From Thainema sp. (lineage in GTDB: Bacteria; Cyanobacteriota; Cyanobacteriia; Phormidesmidales; Phormidesmidaceae): DNA of 64,000 bases. Below the pieces are notes generated by a model that worked only from the letters and a program-made list of their open reading frames with translations, was not told where the DNA came from and made no database searches. The stretch is from NCBI GenBank assembly GCA_052168235.1, contig JBQLZK010000001.1, positions 160,001-224,000 on the forward strand. Reading direction: 5' to 3'. Each line of letters opens with the position of its first letter. Position 1 is the first letter of the stretch. Positions 39,826-50,550 of the stretch are shown piece after piece. Both the position numbers and the translations under genes were made by a program.

Positions 39826-40377
39826 CTACGAGCCGTTTGCGGCTGATTGAGTTTCTCGTTCAGGCTGATACGCCTTTTCAAGCGTGTCTAGTTGCTGATC
39901 CACTTGGCCCGATAGGGCTGAGTCAATTTGCCCAGCAATCAGCGCATCAGCAGAGAACAGTCCCGCACCGTTTACCAGGAAGAACAGGAAGCACGCTGCG
40001 TACAAAGCAGAGAGTTCGAGATAGGGAATGCTAAATCCCGCCACCAGAATGTGGTGATACATCGCCACCAGCATGGTGCTGAATAAACCCGCTGCGGCTA
40101 GCCGTGTGCCCAATCCGAGGATTAGCAGCGGTGCACCGATTAGTTCAGTCAATCCAGCGACATAGCTAAAAAAGATGGGGAACGGCAAACCAATGACTTC
40201 AACATAAGCCTGCGCAAAGCTCTCAATATTAGAAAGCTTGTCTAATCCGTTATGAATCATTACAATACCAGCGACAACTCGCAGCACTGTCCACACGGTT
40301 TGCGATTGGTAATTTGCGGATACATTAGGCCGCAATGTCTTTGAAACAAAAGATGCTAAGCGTTGAGCAGTATTCAT
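39826..40377 (-). CDS. DoxX family membrane protein
   Basis: LRVVAGIVMIHNGLDKL, ELIG...LGLGTRLAA, LEL...GAGLFSAD. Confidence 0.88.
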   Translation of the reverse strand: MNTAQRLASFVSKTLRPNVSANYQSQTVWTVLRVVAGIVMIHNGLDKLSNIESFAQAYVEVIGLPFPIFFSYVAGLTELIGAPLLILGLGTRLAAAGLFSTMLVAMYHHILVAGFSIPYLELSALYAACFLFFLVNGAGLFSADALIAGQIDSALSGQVDQQLDTLEKAYQPERETQSAANGS

Positions 40378-40796
40378 GTCCCTTCCAAGTAGTCTCAATA
40401 AATATTAAGAATCACATTAAGAAGTATAACGAAATTTAATATTGTTGAGAGTGGTTCGAATGGCATAAACGTCAACGAATCTTCACTTTTCATGACAAAT
40501 GCCAAAATGGCAACGCAGCTAAGCCACGTATTTGGCGGCTGTCGAGGAGGTCAACTGTGTGATCAAATTGAAATTCCGGCGATCCCCCTAGCGATATGCT
40601 TTAGAATTGGCTTCAGTGCTCGGTTGAGTCTACGCTCACGGGCCAATCTTAGTGAGTAAAGATCTGGATGCTCGCGGTTTGCGCCCAATTTGAGCAGATC
40701 TGAAAGGGTCGTCTCAAAGCGCAAGATGTGAAGCGGATTGATTTTTACCGAAATCTTCTAAGCAATGTTGAGTAAGTGACTGACGGATTTTTATAT

Positions 40797-40919
40797 ATGG
40801 ATGTCAAATTGATTTTGTTGGCGTTGACGCCAGTGTTTATTGTGGCTTGCCTATTCTTTGGCACGCGCAATGGTTTCTACGACACCGATAATTACCACGG
40901 CAACGGCTCAGCCCACTAA
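40797..40919 (+). CDS. ndhP: NDH-1 complex subunit NdhP
   Basis: Manual translation: MDVKLILLALTPVFIVACLFFGTRNGFYDTDNYHGNGSAH*. Confidence 0.92.
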   Translation: MDVKLILLALTPVFIVACLFFGTRNGFYDTDNYHGNGSAH

Positions 40920-41188
40920 AGGCTCAGCTTATTCATTTGCCAATGGGGGCTTAGTGTTCAGCGAGTATTCAGTACTAGCGGCTTGTGATAGCTGCAACAA
41001 CCAGCTACTGAATTTGAATGATCTCGCGAAGCTGTTGCAATTAACCCCCAAAACTGCATACCGACCAATCATGAGCAGAGTGATCCAGTCTTTTGAGTCT
41101 CTAACAAATTGCGATCGCACGTGATCCCGCAATTTAATCTGTTTGACGTTTGTGCTTGGATAAGGCTGCTCAAGGATAGCTACAAGTC

Positions 41189-42871
41189 GTGACCGATTTA
41201 GAGTGCATCCCTTACGCAGCCGCACATGCGGCAGAAGGTCTCTGTCTACTGTTAAAGATGGGGGCCTATCGCATTTTGCTGGATTGCGGTCTGTCCGACG
41301 TGTCATCGCTGATTGAGCAGTCGGGTCAGCAGCCACCTGCGGATTTCGTCCTGTGTAGCCACGCCCATCCCGATCATGCTCAGGGACTACTAACCCTGCA
41401 TGAAACTTATCCTCAGCTACCCATTTACGCCAGCGAAATTACAACTCAACTGCTGCCCTTGAACTGGCCTACGGTGCAGTCTGTGCCCCATTTCTGTCGG
41501 GCACTGCCCTGGCAAACCCCGATCGAGGTGCAGGATGGACTGAGCGTCGAGCTGTATCCAGCCGGACATTTGCCGGGAGCCGCTGCTTTTTTGCTCACCT
41601 ATCGAGCGGTGAATCGAACCTACACCGTGTTTTTTACGGGAGACTTCTTTTTGTCGAACTCCCGTTTGGTGCAGGGGCTGTCACTGGAACCTCTGCGGGG
41701 AATGAGGCCGGATGTGCTGATTATTGAAGGCAGTCACGGCACCGCGCGCTTTCCCCATCGTCGGCAGCAGGAAAACCAGCTTGCTGAGCGCTTGGATCAA
41801 GCCATTGCGGCTAATCAGTCCATTTTGTTGCCGACGCCGACGCTAGGGCTAGGGCAAGAACTGCTGATGCTGCTGCGGAGCCATCATCTATTTACGGGGC
41901 GAGATATTGATATTTGGGTCGAGGAGCGAGTGGCTCAGGGTTGCGATGCGTACCTGGACTTGCTGCCCCATTTTCCCAGCAGTATCCAGAATTTTGCGCG
42001 GCATCAGCCCCTGTTTTGGGACGACCGGATTCGGCCCTGTGTGCGCCGCTTACCAGATGGGCAGGCGGAGTTATCGCCCAGTAAGCCCTGTGTTGTAATT
42101 GCGCATCAAACGGCTGATTTAGCGAGTATTTTGCAGCGACAAAGCGGGCCGTGGGCTATCCTGGCGGCTCAGCGATCACAACAAGTCAGTGCCGACCACA
42201 TGAGCGATACTAAAGAACTGCTGATGCTCAGTCAGTCGCGCAGTTCGGCTAAACGGTTGCGATCGCGCTTGGCCAAAGGACGAGCGAAGTTTGACACCTA
42301 TTTGCTGAGCGATCACTGCGATGGGCCAGGGACGACCCAGCTGATTCACAATTTGCGGCCTCAGCACGTTGTCTTTGTGCATGGCTCGCCGATTTATCTG
42401 GCTGACTTAGCGGGGCTGGAAGAACTGCACAACCGCTATCACCTGCACATGCCCGCTGCTGGCACGCTGGTGGAGTTGCCGATTGGTGATACGTTTATTC
42501 AACCCGCTGCGCCAGAAACGGTCTATGAAGGGGAGTTAACGGAGCATATTGATCACATTGCGATCGCACTTTCGTCTGCGGTCACCCGTGATCCCCGCTG
42601 GGCTAACCTGTCAGATACTGGCGTTTTAGAAGCCCGCTGGCAGGGTGATGAGCTAGTGATCCGGGGATTACCGCAGCAGGAATTGCTACAGGCGGAAGAG
42701 AGTTTTGCGATCGCAACTGACCTAGAATGCTGCGAAAACTGTGTACACTATCGCAGTCAAACCTGCTGGAATCCAGCTTCACCACTGTTCCGGTTTCAAG
42801 TCAGCCCAGATGGCTATTGTCCTGCTTTCCAACCGCTGACCGACGTTAGCCCCGACGATGCTGTCTCATAG
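41189..42871 (+). CDS. MBL-fold / beta-CASP-like metallo-hydrolase
   Basis: LLDCG, SHAHPDH, AGHLPGA, FTGDF, HCDG, FVHG; Cys-rich C-terminus. Confidence 0.87.
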   Translation: MTDLECIPYAAAHAAEGLCLLLKMGAYRILLDCGLSDVSSLIEQSGQQPPADFVLCSHAHPDHAQGLLTLHETYPQLPIYASEITTQLLPLNWPTVQSVPHFCRALPWQTPIEVQDGLSVELYPAGHLPGAAAFLLTYRAVNRTYTVFFTGDFFLSNSRLVQGLSLEPLRGMRPDVLIIEGSHGTARFPHRRQQENQLAERLDQAIAANQSILLPTPTLGLGQELLMLLRSHHLFTGRDIDIWVEERVAQGCDAYLDLLPHFPSSIQNFARHQPLFWDDRIRPCVRRLPDGQAELSPSKPCVVIAHQTADLASILQRQSGPWAILAAQRSQQVSADHMSDTKELLMLSQSRSSAKRLRSRLAKGRAKFDTYLLSDHCDGPGTTQLIHNLRPQHVVFVHGSPIYLADLAGLEELHNRYHLHMPAAGTLVELPIGDTFIQPAAPETVYEGELTEHIDHIAIALSSAVTRDPRWANLSDTGVLEARWQGDELVIRGLPQQELLQAEESFAIATDLECCENCVHYRSQTCWNPASPLFRFQVSPDGYCPAFQPLTDVSPDDAVS

Positions 42872-43067
42872 GTTGTACTACCTCTACAAAATTGATGTTG
42901 AATCCGCTCGTCAACCTCGATTTGAGTTTCTGCAAAAGATACGCGTTGTACGCCTTTTGCAGAAACGATAACTATTGCCGCTTAGGTTAAGGCATGAATG
43001 TCTTGTATCTGGTAGAGCGGCTAGGTCGCTCTACAAAAATGTCAAACCCCGTGTAAACCAGGTTCAA

Positions 43068-43442
43068 TTAGGCCGTAATCTCAACCTGATTAGTATCAAC
43101 GTCGGTTGCACCCTTTACCTTTCTAGCAGTGGTCACCATCTTATCGAGCACTTGCCGATTCGGAACCTTGCCTTTTAAGACTACGGTGCTGCCTGTTTGA
43201 GCAACCCACAGCGTTTCGATGTCGTCCAGATCTGGAGCATCATCAAAAGCTTTGGCAACTCGCTTCGCCAATCCGCTCTGATCATACTCACCATTCAAGC
43301 CCATCCGCTCAGCCGGAATTGATTCTTCTTGCTTGGATTGGGGTCTCGCTTCTCGTGTAGCCGTGGCTGCTGGACGACGAGAACTGCTTTGTTTTGCCTT
43401 CTCTTCTTCTTCTTTACCAAAAATACGACTTAGCCAACTCAT
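43068..43442 (-). CDS. BON-domain protein
   Basis: PAERMGLNGEYDQSGLAKRV...VAQTGSTVVLKGKV...VKGATDVDT. Confidence 0.85.
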   Translation of the reverse strand: MSWLSRIFGKEEEEKAKQSSSRRPAATATREARPQSKQEESIPAERMGLNGEYDQSGLAKRVAKAFDDAPDLDDIETLWVAQTGSTVVLKGKVPNRQVLDKMVTTARKVKGATDVDTNQVEITA

Positions 43443-43714
43443 ATTAAACGTTCCTCTTGTCTAGATTGTTACGAAAAGTGTGAACAATCTTGATTAAAGC
43501 GAACTGGCTAATGGCTAGTTATCTGCCGTCTGGTCTATTAGGGTTCTATCTGAAAGCGAGTTTCATTCCGTTGTGTCCTCTATCCCAAGAGAATCCTAAA
43601 TCAGGATATTGCCGCCGAATTGCTTGCAATATCCTGGTTTGGAATCTTGAACGGCTAAGCATCATGACTATTATGCTTGGCAGTGGTATTCAGATAATGA
43701 TTTTGGGGGCTACC

Positions 43715-45325
43715 TTATGCTTCATGCCCCGCCATAAAACGGTCAACTGGATAGTCTTGCCACTGACCCCGATATTTTTCAACCACAAATGGGCAAACCT
43801 CAAATCGTGGCGGATCACCAGGCTGGACGTTAATTTTCAAAAATGAATAGGGACGGTGTTTGTGGGAGCCTTTGCCGTTTCGACCCAAGAAAAGATGCGA
43901 TCGCGCAATAATTTCATCCGGCACCTTAGGTTGCTCTAACCGATCTGAATCAAATAGGTTACCGCCTTCTGCCCGCTGCCGTCGCAAGCTATAGCCACTA
44001 CCACCACAAACCAACCAGTCAATATGGGAATCAGCATGGCCCGTATCGTCGGTGCGAATATGCTCCATACAGTGGGCGTGACCGTTAATCACCAGATCTA
44101 CGACTGAACGCTGGCCGGGATCAATACCAACCTGCTCAGCGACTCGATTTAATACCTGCCTGATCTCATAGCGGACAGCCAGGGTTTGGCCCTGATGCCA
44201 CTTGGTCGCCTCTGTGACGTAAGGCGGATGATGGAAAAACAGAATTCTGCCTCGGCTAGTAGGATTTTGCCACGATTCAATTAAGCGTTGCTGAAGCCAA
44301 GCTAACTGCTCTAAGTCGTTTTCATTTTGTTTAAACGACCATTGCCCCGCCTGATTTTGCGTCGCGAGCTGCTTCCGAATATCTCGAATTTGTTCATCAA
44401 TTTGCTCCGCCTCAGCGTAGGCATCATCGATTTGCTCACACTCGTCCGGTAGCTCCGGATCAAGCCCAGCCACGGATGCCAAAATTTCTCCTCGCTCATG
44501 CTCTAGCTCTTGCAGCCGCTGGGGAAGCTGCTGACGAATGGCTCGCCCCTCTGCCGTATCGGGGAGCGGTTGAGGATGATTAAACGTATTGGAATCCAGG
44601 GCAAAAAAGTCAATGCCGCCGTAGCTAAAGCTGTAATAGCGGTTTGGTAGCCGAGTGAATTCTCCTGGCCGATACATTAAACAGCGACCAAAGCGATCGG
44701 TGGGTTGATAGTGCTTCTCTAAATGATTGGCTAGCTGATATTCACCAATGCCTTGTAGATAGTCTAGAAACGCACGGGCAAAGGCATCTCCTTTGAACGA
44801 ACCATGCCAGCCCACGTCTAGGTCGATATAGGCGCGAAATAGGTAGCGCAGTGGCCAAGAGATTTGATTGGCTAAGCCGATGAACCAGGGCAGATCGTAA
44901 TAATCGTGATTGCCCAGCACGGGTAAGATAGGCGACTGAAACACCATGCGATCGTAGGGGATCGTCTTAGGTGCTTCTCCGCCCACTAGAAACTCCCGGT
45001 AGGGACTGATGAAATTTTGGTAATACTGTTCCCGCGACCCAACCAGATAGACTACATCGCCTGTGTGCAGCGTAAAGCGACGATCGGGGCAGTTTTCTAG
45101 AAGGCTTTTGGCAATGCGGCGTTGGGGGCTATCGCCTTTGTGATGTCCGGTACCGCTATCCCCCAATACGCAAAAGGAAAAGGCTTCGTCCTGGTTTCGC
45201 CCATCATCAAGGACAACATGAGTTTGATCGATACCTTGTTTGGCAATTTGCGGATGCTGCCAGCGCACCCGCGCTTTCATTTTGCTGATCTTGGTTTTGA
45301 TTCGAGGTTCCGTAACAAATTTCAT
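43715..45325 (-). CDS. Calcineurin-like metallophosphoesterase
   Basis: LGDSG, HTGDVVY, GNHDYYD, FFHHPPY, NGHAH. Confidence 0.9.
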   Translation of the reverse strand: MKFVTEPRIKTKISKMKARVRWQHPQIAKQGIDQTHVVLDDGRNQDEAFSFCVLGDSGTGHHKGDSPQRRIAKSLLENCPDRRFTLHTGDVVYLVGSREQYYQNFISPYREFLVGGEAPKTIPYDRMVFQSPILPVLGNHDYYDLPWFIGLANQISWPLRYLFRAYIDLDVGWHGSFKGDAFARAFLDYLQGIGEYQLANHLEKHYQPTDRFGRCLMYRPGEFTRLPNRYYSFSYGGIDFFALDSNTFNHPQPLPDTAEGRAIRQQLPQRLQELEHERGEILASVAGLDPELPDECEQIDDAYAEAEQIDEQIRDIRKQLATQNQAGQWSFKQNENDLEQLAWLQQRLIESWQNPTSRGRILFFHHPPYVTEATKWHQGQTLAVRYEIRQVLNRVAEQVGIDPGQRSVVDLVINGHAHCMEHIRTDDTGHADSHIDWLVCGGSGYSLRRQRAEGGNLFDSDRLEQPKVPDEIIARSHLFLGRNGKGSHKHRPYSFLKINVQPGDPPRFEVCPFVVEKYRGQWQDYPVDRFMAGHEA

Positions 45326-45514
45326 GCAGTGGCAAACAAAATGACAGCACCTAGTCCTAGGTAAGACCCACTGAGCGTTCGCGGGTCAGTTACCCGTATC
45401 TAACTAAGGTACTGTGTCTATGTAGGTAGGACAGCTACCAATAGTATGAGTCCCTCACGCGAACTGGAAAAAAGCGTGTCTACTCTATTGCTCAATATAG
45501 TGAGATCGCAAATG

Positions 45515-46006
45515 TTAGCGATAATTGGTGAACTGAAGTGCGATCGGCCAATCTTCGCGCTTAATCAGCTGAATGGCATCCTGCAAGTCATCTTTTGACT
45601 TGGCTGAGATACGTACAGAATCGCCCTGAATCGATGCCTGCACTTTCTTAAATTCATCCCGGATCAGCTTCGTAAGTTTTTTGGCAAGTTCCTGACTAAT
45701 CCCTTTTTGTAGGGTTACTTCTTGGCGAATTCGATTACCGCTCGCCGATTCAATCTTGCCAAAGTCGAAAATTTTCAGCGACAAATTCCGCTTCGCCGCC
45801 TTAGTCTGAATTACATCATGAACGGACTGAAGCGTAAACTCGCTGTCCGTGCTAATCGTGATCGTTTCGTCACCGAGATCAATCGTCGTGTTCGTATTCT
45901 TCAGATCGTATCGGCTGTTAATTTCACGCCGAGCTTGATCAAGCGCATTAACTAGCTCTTGACGATCAAAATCGCTGACAACGTCGAAGGAGTACGTTGA
46001 AGCCAT
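45515..46006 (-). CDS. yajQ: YajQ family cyclic di-GMP/nucleotide-binding protein
   Basis: SFDVVS.FD.QE..NA.DQ, RYDLK, QASIQGD.VR...K.KDDLQ, LQFTNYR. Confidence 0.95.
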   Translation of the reverse strand: MASTYSFDVVSDFDRQELVNALDQARREINSRYDLKNTNTTIDLGDETITISTDSEFTLQSVHDVIQTKAAKRNLSLKIFDFGKIESASGNRIRQEVTLQKGISQELAKKLTKLIRDEFKKVQASIQGDSVRISAKSKDDLQDAIQLIKREDWPIALQFTNYR

Positions 46007-46121
46007 AAATGCCTATTGCTCAATAACAGCTTTACAATACTAGCGCCGCAGCAGTAATCGTTCTACTGACAGAGCGATAGAAGCTTGATTAGCGCTAGTG
46101 CAACACCGTGATCCACCAGAA

Positions 46122-46625
46122 TTAGTCAAAATAGAACAGCGTAACGACCTTACGCAGATCTTCCGCCTCTTGGCAGGTTTTCAGCAGCGTATGGCTGTCA
46201 TGAAAAGCAAAACAAATCAGCTGCTGGCAGCGCGAAACAATTTCTTGGTTACACACAGAGCTAGCCTCTGCCAAGGACATTGCATCATTCTCAGGATTTT
46301 CAACCAGGTGAATAACCTGCTCTAGCTGATCCCGCGATTCACGGGGTTGACGATCCAGACTTTGCGGCAAAATCACCGTTAGCAAATTCGGATCGGCTCG
46401 CATCGCCCCTCGAATGGCAGCAGAGTTTGTACCCGTTGCACCGGAAGTCAGCAGATGATTACCTGAGAGGACAAGAGCATAGCTCATCAGTTCGATTAGC
46501 CGCTGATGCGTAATAGGAACATGGCGCGAACCCAGTACAGCAATTCGCTTAGAACCCGTTTCCTGAATGGTTGCTAGCTCTTGCAGGAACTCGTCAATTT
46601 TGGGAATATCGATGGATTGACTCAA
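46122..46625 (-). CDS. DprA/Smf-like (SLOG) protein
   Basis: RIAVLGSRH, TSGATGTNSAAIRGA, TVILPQSL. Confidence 0.75.
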   Translation of the reverse strand: MSQSIDIPKIDEFLQELATIQETGSKRIAVLGSRHVPITHQRLIELMSYALVLSGNHLLTSGATGTNSAAIRGAMRADPNLLTVILPQSLDRQPRESRDQLEQVIHLVENPENDAMSLAEASSVCNQEIVSRCQQLICFAFHDSHTLLKTCQEAEDLRKVVTLFYFD

Positions 46626-46742
46626 AGAACAGACGCTTCAAAATGTTAAACAATCGGGCTCATTCTACCAGAAGACCTGAGCGACAAACGCAATAATCTG
46701 CAAATCAGTTTATTCGTCTGGTGTACCGCATAGTACGTTACT

Positions 46743-47828
46743 TTATGCGGAAATAGCTGGTTGAATACCGAGTAAGGCCATCAACCGCTCAACATCGAAG
46801 TGGGCATCCATCAGCTCTTTCATGCACTGTACTTTAATCGGTTCATGCAGACGCACCTGCCCGAACGTTTGGTCAATGATTTCTACTGTCGTCAAGGTGT
46901 CGAGATCAACTGACAAGATAGGAACTTCTAAATCTTCGGCCCGCCCCAGAATTTCAGGTGAAGGGGGTAAATGTCCTGTCAAAATCAAACACTGGGTTGA
47001 GGTTTCCAGGGCGGCAAGTTGAATGTCGGTGCGATCGCCGCCGGTCACAACTGCCATATTCTGGCCTTTCCGAAAATATTTGAGAGCTGAGTTAACGTTC
47101 ATAGCCCCAATGCTGAGACTTTCAACCAGTAAATCCATCCGCTCTCGGCTACAGAGAACTTCGGCATTGAGCCGTTCAACAAGCTCACCAACGCTAACAC
47201 TCCGTAGCAGTTGATTACGAGGTAAGAGTCCAAATACAGTAATGTCTTGCTTTTCTAAGTAGGGCTTGACCGTAGTTTGCACCTTTTCAAGTTGGTCGGA
47301 TGGTACGTCGTTGATCACAACACCAGCTAAATGCTTGCCGAGACGCTGCTTGGCAGCTAAGAGTGAGTCCACAACTAGCACGGAATGGAACCGAGCTACG
47401 ATGAGAACTTGAGCATTCATGCATTCAGCTACTTGCGGTAGCGATAGATCAAACAGCTTGCCTTCTTCTAGGGTGCCAGGGCCTTCCAGCAGAATTAGAT
47501 CACCGTTTTGCTCATTGCCGTATTCAGCTAGAGCCTGTTGATAATTAGTTTGGTCATGTCCCGATAGACGTGCTTCTATGGTTGGCTCGTCTAGGGTCAA
47601 AACAGTGGGACAAATGCGGCTGGTTGACAGATCGAGTGACTTAGCAATAAAGCGTACATCTTCATCGACTCCGTCATTCTGCTCGCTTGGGAGAGTGCCC
47701 AGAGGCTTACCGTAGGCTATTTCCAGCCCTCGATTTTGTAGCTGATAGCCAACGCCTAGAACAGTCGCGGATTTACCGCTATAGGCTTCGGTTGAGCTTA
47801 TAAGAAGATACGTCGATGGTTTCGGCAC
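46743..47828 (-). CDS. Phosphotransacetylase-family (BioD-like + DRTGG) protein
   Basis: STEAYSGKS, YGKPLG, LLEG, IGAM, VVTGGDRTDIQLAALE, LILTG. Confidence 0.88.
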   Translation of the reverse strand: MPKPSTYLLISSTEAYSGKSATVLGVGYQLQNRGLEIAYGKPLGTLPSEQNDGVDEDVRFIAKSLDLSTSRICPTVLTLDEPTIEARLSGHDQTNYQQALAEYGNEQNGDLILLEGPGTLEEGKLFDLSLPQVAECMNAQVLIVARFHSVLVVDSLLAAKQRLGKHLAGVVINDVPSDQLEKVQTTVKPYLEKQDITVFGLLPRNQLLRSVSVGELVERLNAEVLCSRERMDLLVESLSIGAMNVNSALKYFRKGQNMAVVTGGDRTDIQLAALETSTQCLILTGHLPPSPEILGRAEDLEVPILSVDLDTLTTVEIIDQTFGQVRLHEPIKVQCMKELMDAHFDVERLMALLGIQPAISA

Positions 47829-48187
47829 GCCTTTGATCCTCACAACTTGCAGTCGATTTTACAATTGCCGCGTTACGGTTCGGCCTTTTTCCTAAAGTTT
47901 TAGCAATTCAATCTTTGCGTCTCAGGCGTTCTAGCATTCTGCTGATACTGAATGCGCTGCTAAAACGAGTCTTGGCTGCTAATCCGACTTTGTGAAAGTT
48001 ACGCACTGCATGTCTTTCACAAAAAACATTCTGGGATTTTATAGCCAGATCACGGATTAAACAAACTGCTATTCGAATTTTGCCTCTGGAATTTTTTGAA
48101 TTTTGCCTCTGAAATATCTTAACGAATAAGCCGAGTTATATCGTTGACGACCTTTGATGGCAGATACAAGTATCTCCTCCACACAAC

Positions 48188-48223
48188 AAAGGAGGGCGGT
48201 TGCGATCGCAACCGCCCTCCTTT
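48188..48223 (-). terminator. Perfect 36-bp palindrome centred on HIP1, likely the ebsA terminator
   Basis: AAAGGAGGGCGGTTGCGA|TCGCAACCGCCCTCCTTT. Confidence 0.6.
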
Positions 48224-48268
48224 ATTTCTGGCTTTATAGCCTATGAGGATGTGACAAGCAGTACGTTT

Positions 48269-48661
48269 TTACTCATCGTACCGCATTAATTTGCGATAAA
48301 AGGACTGGGTAAAATCGATGGGCGCTTTGCGGCGGAGCAGCAGCACAATGTCAATTAGATAATTGATGAATTCGAAATTAGCCATCGTGACTTCGTAGCT
48401 GAGTTCTGCATTGCCGTCGAATTGCATACGGCATCGGGTTAAGTCTGCTGGCAGGGAGGATACGTACCATGTTGCCAGAAAAGGAATACTGTCTCCGCCC
48501 TCAATGGCGCGTTCTCCTTCGAGGTTGCCGCGTTTGTATAGCGTGATGGCATAGGGCAACAGGTTCCGTCGATTTCCCTGATAATAGGGAAAGTAAACGC
48601 CAACTTCCCGCTTGTCGGCGGGTTGGAGTTGCTCAATCGATAAATGGCTCGTCTGTTCCAT
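48269..48661 (-). CDS. ebsA: Type IV pilus/secretion-associated protein EbsA
   Basis: SIEQLQPA...VYFPYYQG.RR..LPYAI.LY..G.LEGER.IEGG...F.ATW...LPADLTRCR.QFD.NAELSYE. Confidence 0.85.
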   Translation of the reverse strand: MEQTSHLSIEQLQPADKREVGVYFPYYQGNRRNLLPYAITLYKRGNLEGERAIEGGDSIPFLATWYVSSLPADLTRCRMQFDGNAELSYEVTMANFEFINYLIDIVLLLRRKAPIDFTQSFYRKLMRYDE

Positions 48662-48982
48662 AGGTCTGGGTGTAGTGCTACGACTGCGATCGCACAATTG
48701 GGAGGCAATTGGCAATCAGATAGATTGGTAAATAGGCAGCAGATTGAATTGGGCTATTCCCGATGGTTTAACATCGAGTCCAATGCGACATCAAATCCTG
48801 GCTCAGGCATAAGTATGCCCTGTTCTCACCCGAAAGTATGCGTCTACAGCAAAAAACTTATGTGCAATCCTAACGAGAAGCCATTAACACAAGCTCAGAG
48901 TCCTGATATTGTTTAGTTAAAGTTCGGATGTGTTTGCAATCCTTTACATCAATAATTGAATCTACGTTCTGAATCAGACGTT

Positions 48983-49086
48983 TATAGCGCTTCTTGCGCT
49001 AGTAAAGGGAGATTATTTTTTGAAAGCCGCGCGAAGCGCGGCTTTCAAAAAATAACTTGTACCTCAGTAGCTTAGGAAAGGCTATA
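48983..49086. mobile_element. MITE-like element with TA ends
   Basis: Imperfect TIRs TATAGCGCTTCTTGCGCTAGT versus reverse complement TATAGCCTTTCCTAAGCTACT; internal perfect 20-bp IR 49013-49055 with loop GAA. Confidence 0.65.
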
Positions 49087-49566
49087 TCTATAGGGCTTAG
49101 CCAATATCGCTTTCACTGAGTTTTTGGCTGATTAATTTTCTTTTGAAAATCCAATCACGAGATATTTATTTCCGCTTGATAACACTTATCCAATCTATCT
49201 ACTGAGATAGTTGCCAAACGCAATCTCGTCGTGCAGATCGTACTTATGATGAAACATCATTGTCTAACAATGGATACCTATATCTGTCACCTATGCCTGT
49301 AGTGACATGCATATCAATCGCTTTATAACTAAATTTTTATCGTTGCAATAGAGGAATCTATTCGATATCAAGTCCAATTGATTCATTTCACTTCTCGCAA
49401 CGCTTTATTCTCTCTTCTTTTTTGCCTCAAAGGGCATGCAGAGATAGTTTACGGCTTGAGTTGAAGTCGCTCAATGCTTTTCCTATAACCAGCCCGACGA
49501 CTCAATATACTAAATACTGGATTTCAATTTTCACTTTCGTTTAGTTTTTCATTCTTGAGATGCGCT

Positions 49567-50550
49567 ATGCCTCCTTTGGTTGCCAATTACTACCTAACCT
49601 ATCGCTGCAATGCACGCTGCCATTTTTGCGATATTTGGACACTTGAACCAGGCAAAGAAGCCGATACTGAAGCCATTAAGCATAACCTCCGTGATCTAAA
49701 ACGGCTCGGAGTGAAATATATAGATTTCACTGGTGGAGAGCCGTTACTGCGGTCAGATGTGGCTGAGGTCTATACCGAAGCTAAGCAGCTAGGATTTATG
49801 ACCAGCATGACCAGCAACGCCATTCTTTATCCGCGTAAAGCTAGAGAAATTCAAGGCTTAATTGACTTCTTAAATTTCTCCTTGGATGGGGCAGATGCGG
49901 AAACCCATGATCAATCAAGGGGCGTCCAAATTTTTGACAACTTGGTTGAGTCTGTCAAATTAGCGAAATCATTGGGAGAATACCCCGTTCTTAACCACAC
50001 TGTCACCGCACAGAACTATGATCGAATTGGGGAAGTTGCACAGTTAGGCGCTGATTTGGGCGTCAGAGTTTGGCTCAATCCGGCTTTCACCGCTCATGAT
50101 CGCTATAACGACGGTAAAAATCCAACTCCCGAAATCGTGAAGGCGATTCGAGATACAGCCAAGCAGTATCCTAATATGGGCTTTAATAAAGCTGCGCTGG
50201 CGTTCATTGAAGCAGGTGGAAACGATACCCGCAATCCACGCTGTAAAGCTGTTGATGCGGTAATTGCGATCTCGCCAAACGATGAGTTGCTCTTACCGTG
50301 CTATCACTTTGCTCAGAAGGGTTTGCCAATTCAGGGTAGGCTATATGAGTTATATAAACAATCTACCGAAGTCGAGCGGTATCGCCGCGATCAGGGACGA
50401 TTGTCCGTTTGTGAGGGATGCACGGTTTGGTGTTATCTCATCCCCAGCTTCTTCCTCGGTATTGATAAATATTGGTGGTTAAATCAGGTTACCTATGCCG
50501 GAGAATTCCTGGCCCGAAAACGAATCTCACAAGGTGTTCGCACCGCTTGA
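49567..50550 (+). CDS. Radical SAM protein with C-terminal auxiliary-cluster Cys motif
   Basis: YRCNARCHFC (CxxxCxxC), FTGGEPLL, FSLDG; C-terminal RC...PCY...VCEGCTVWC. Confidence 0.9.
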   Translation: MPPLVANYYLTYRCNARCHFCDIWTLEPGKEADTEAIKHNLRDLKRLGVKYIDFTGGEPLLRSDVAEVYTEAKQLGFMTSMTSNAILYPRKAREIQGLIDFLNFSLDGADAETHDQSRGVQIFDNLVESVKLAKSLGEYPVLNHTVTAQNYDRIGEVAQLGADLGVRVWLNPAFTAHDRYNDGKNPTPEIVKAIRDTAKQYPNMGFNKAALAFIEAGGNDTRNPRCKAVDAVIAISPNDELLLPCYHFAQKGLPIQGRLYELYKQSTEVERYRRDQGRLSVCEGCTVWCYLIPSFFLGIDKYWWLNQVTYAGEFLARKRISQGVRTA

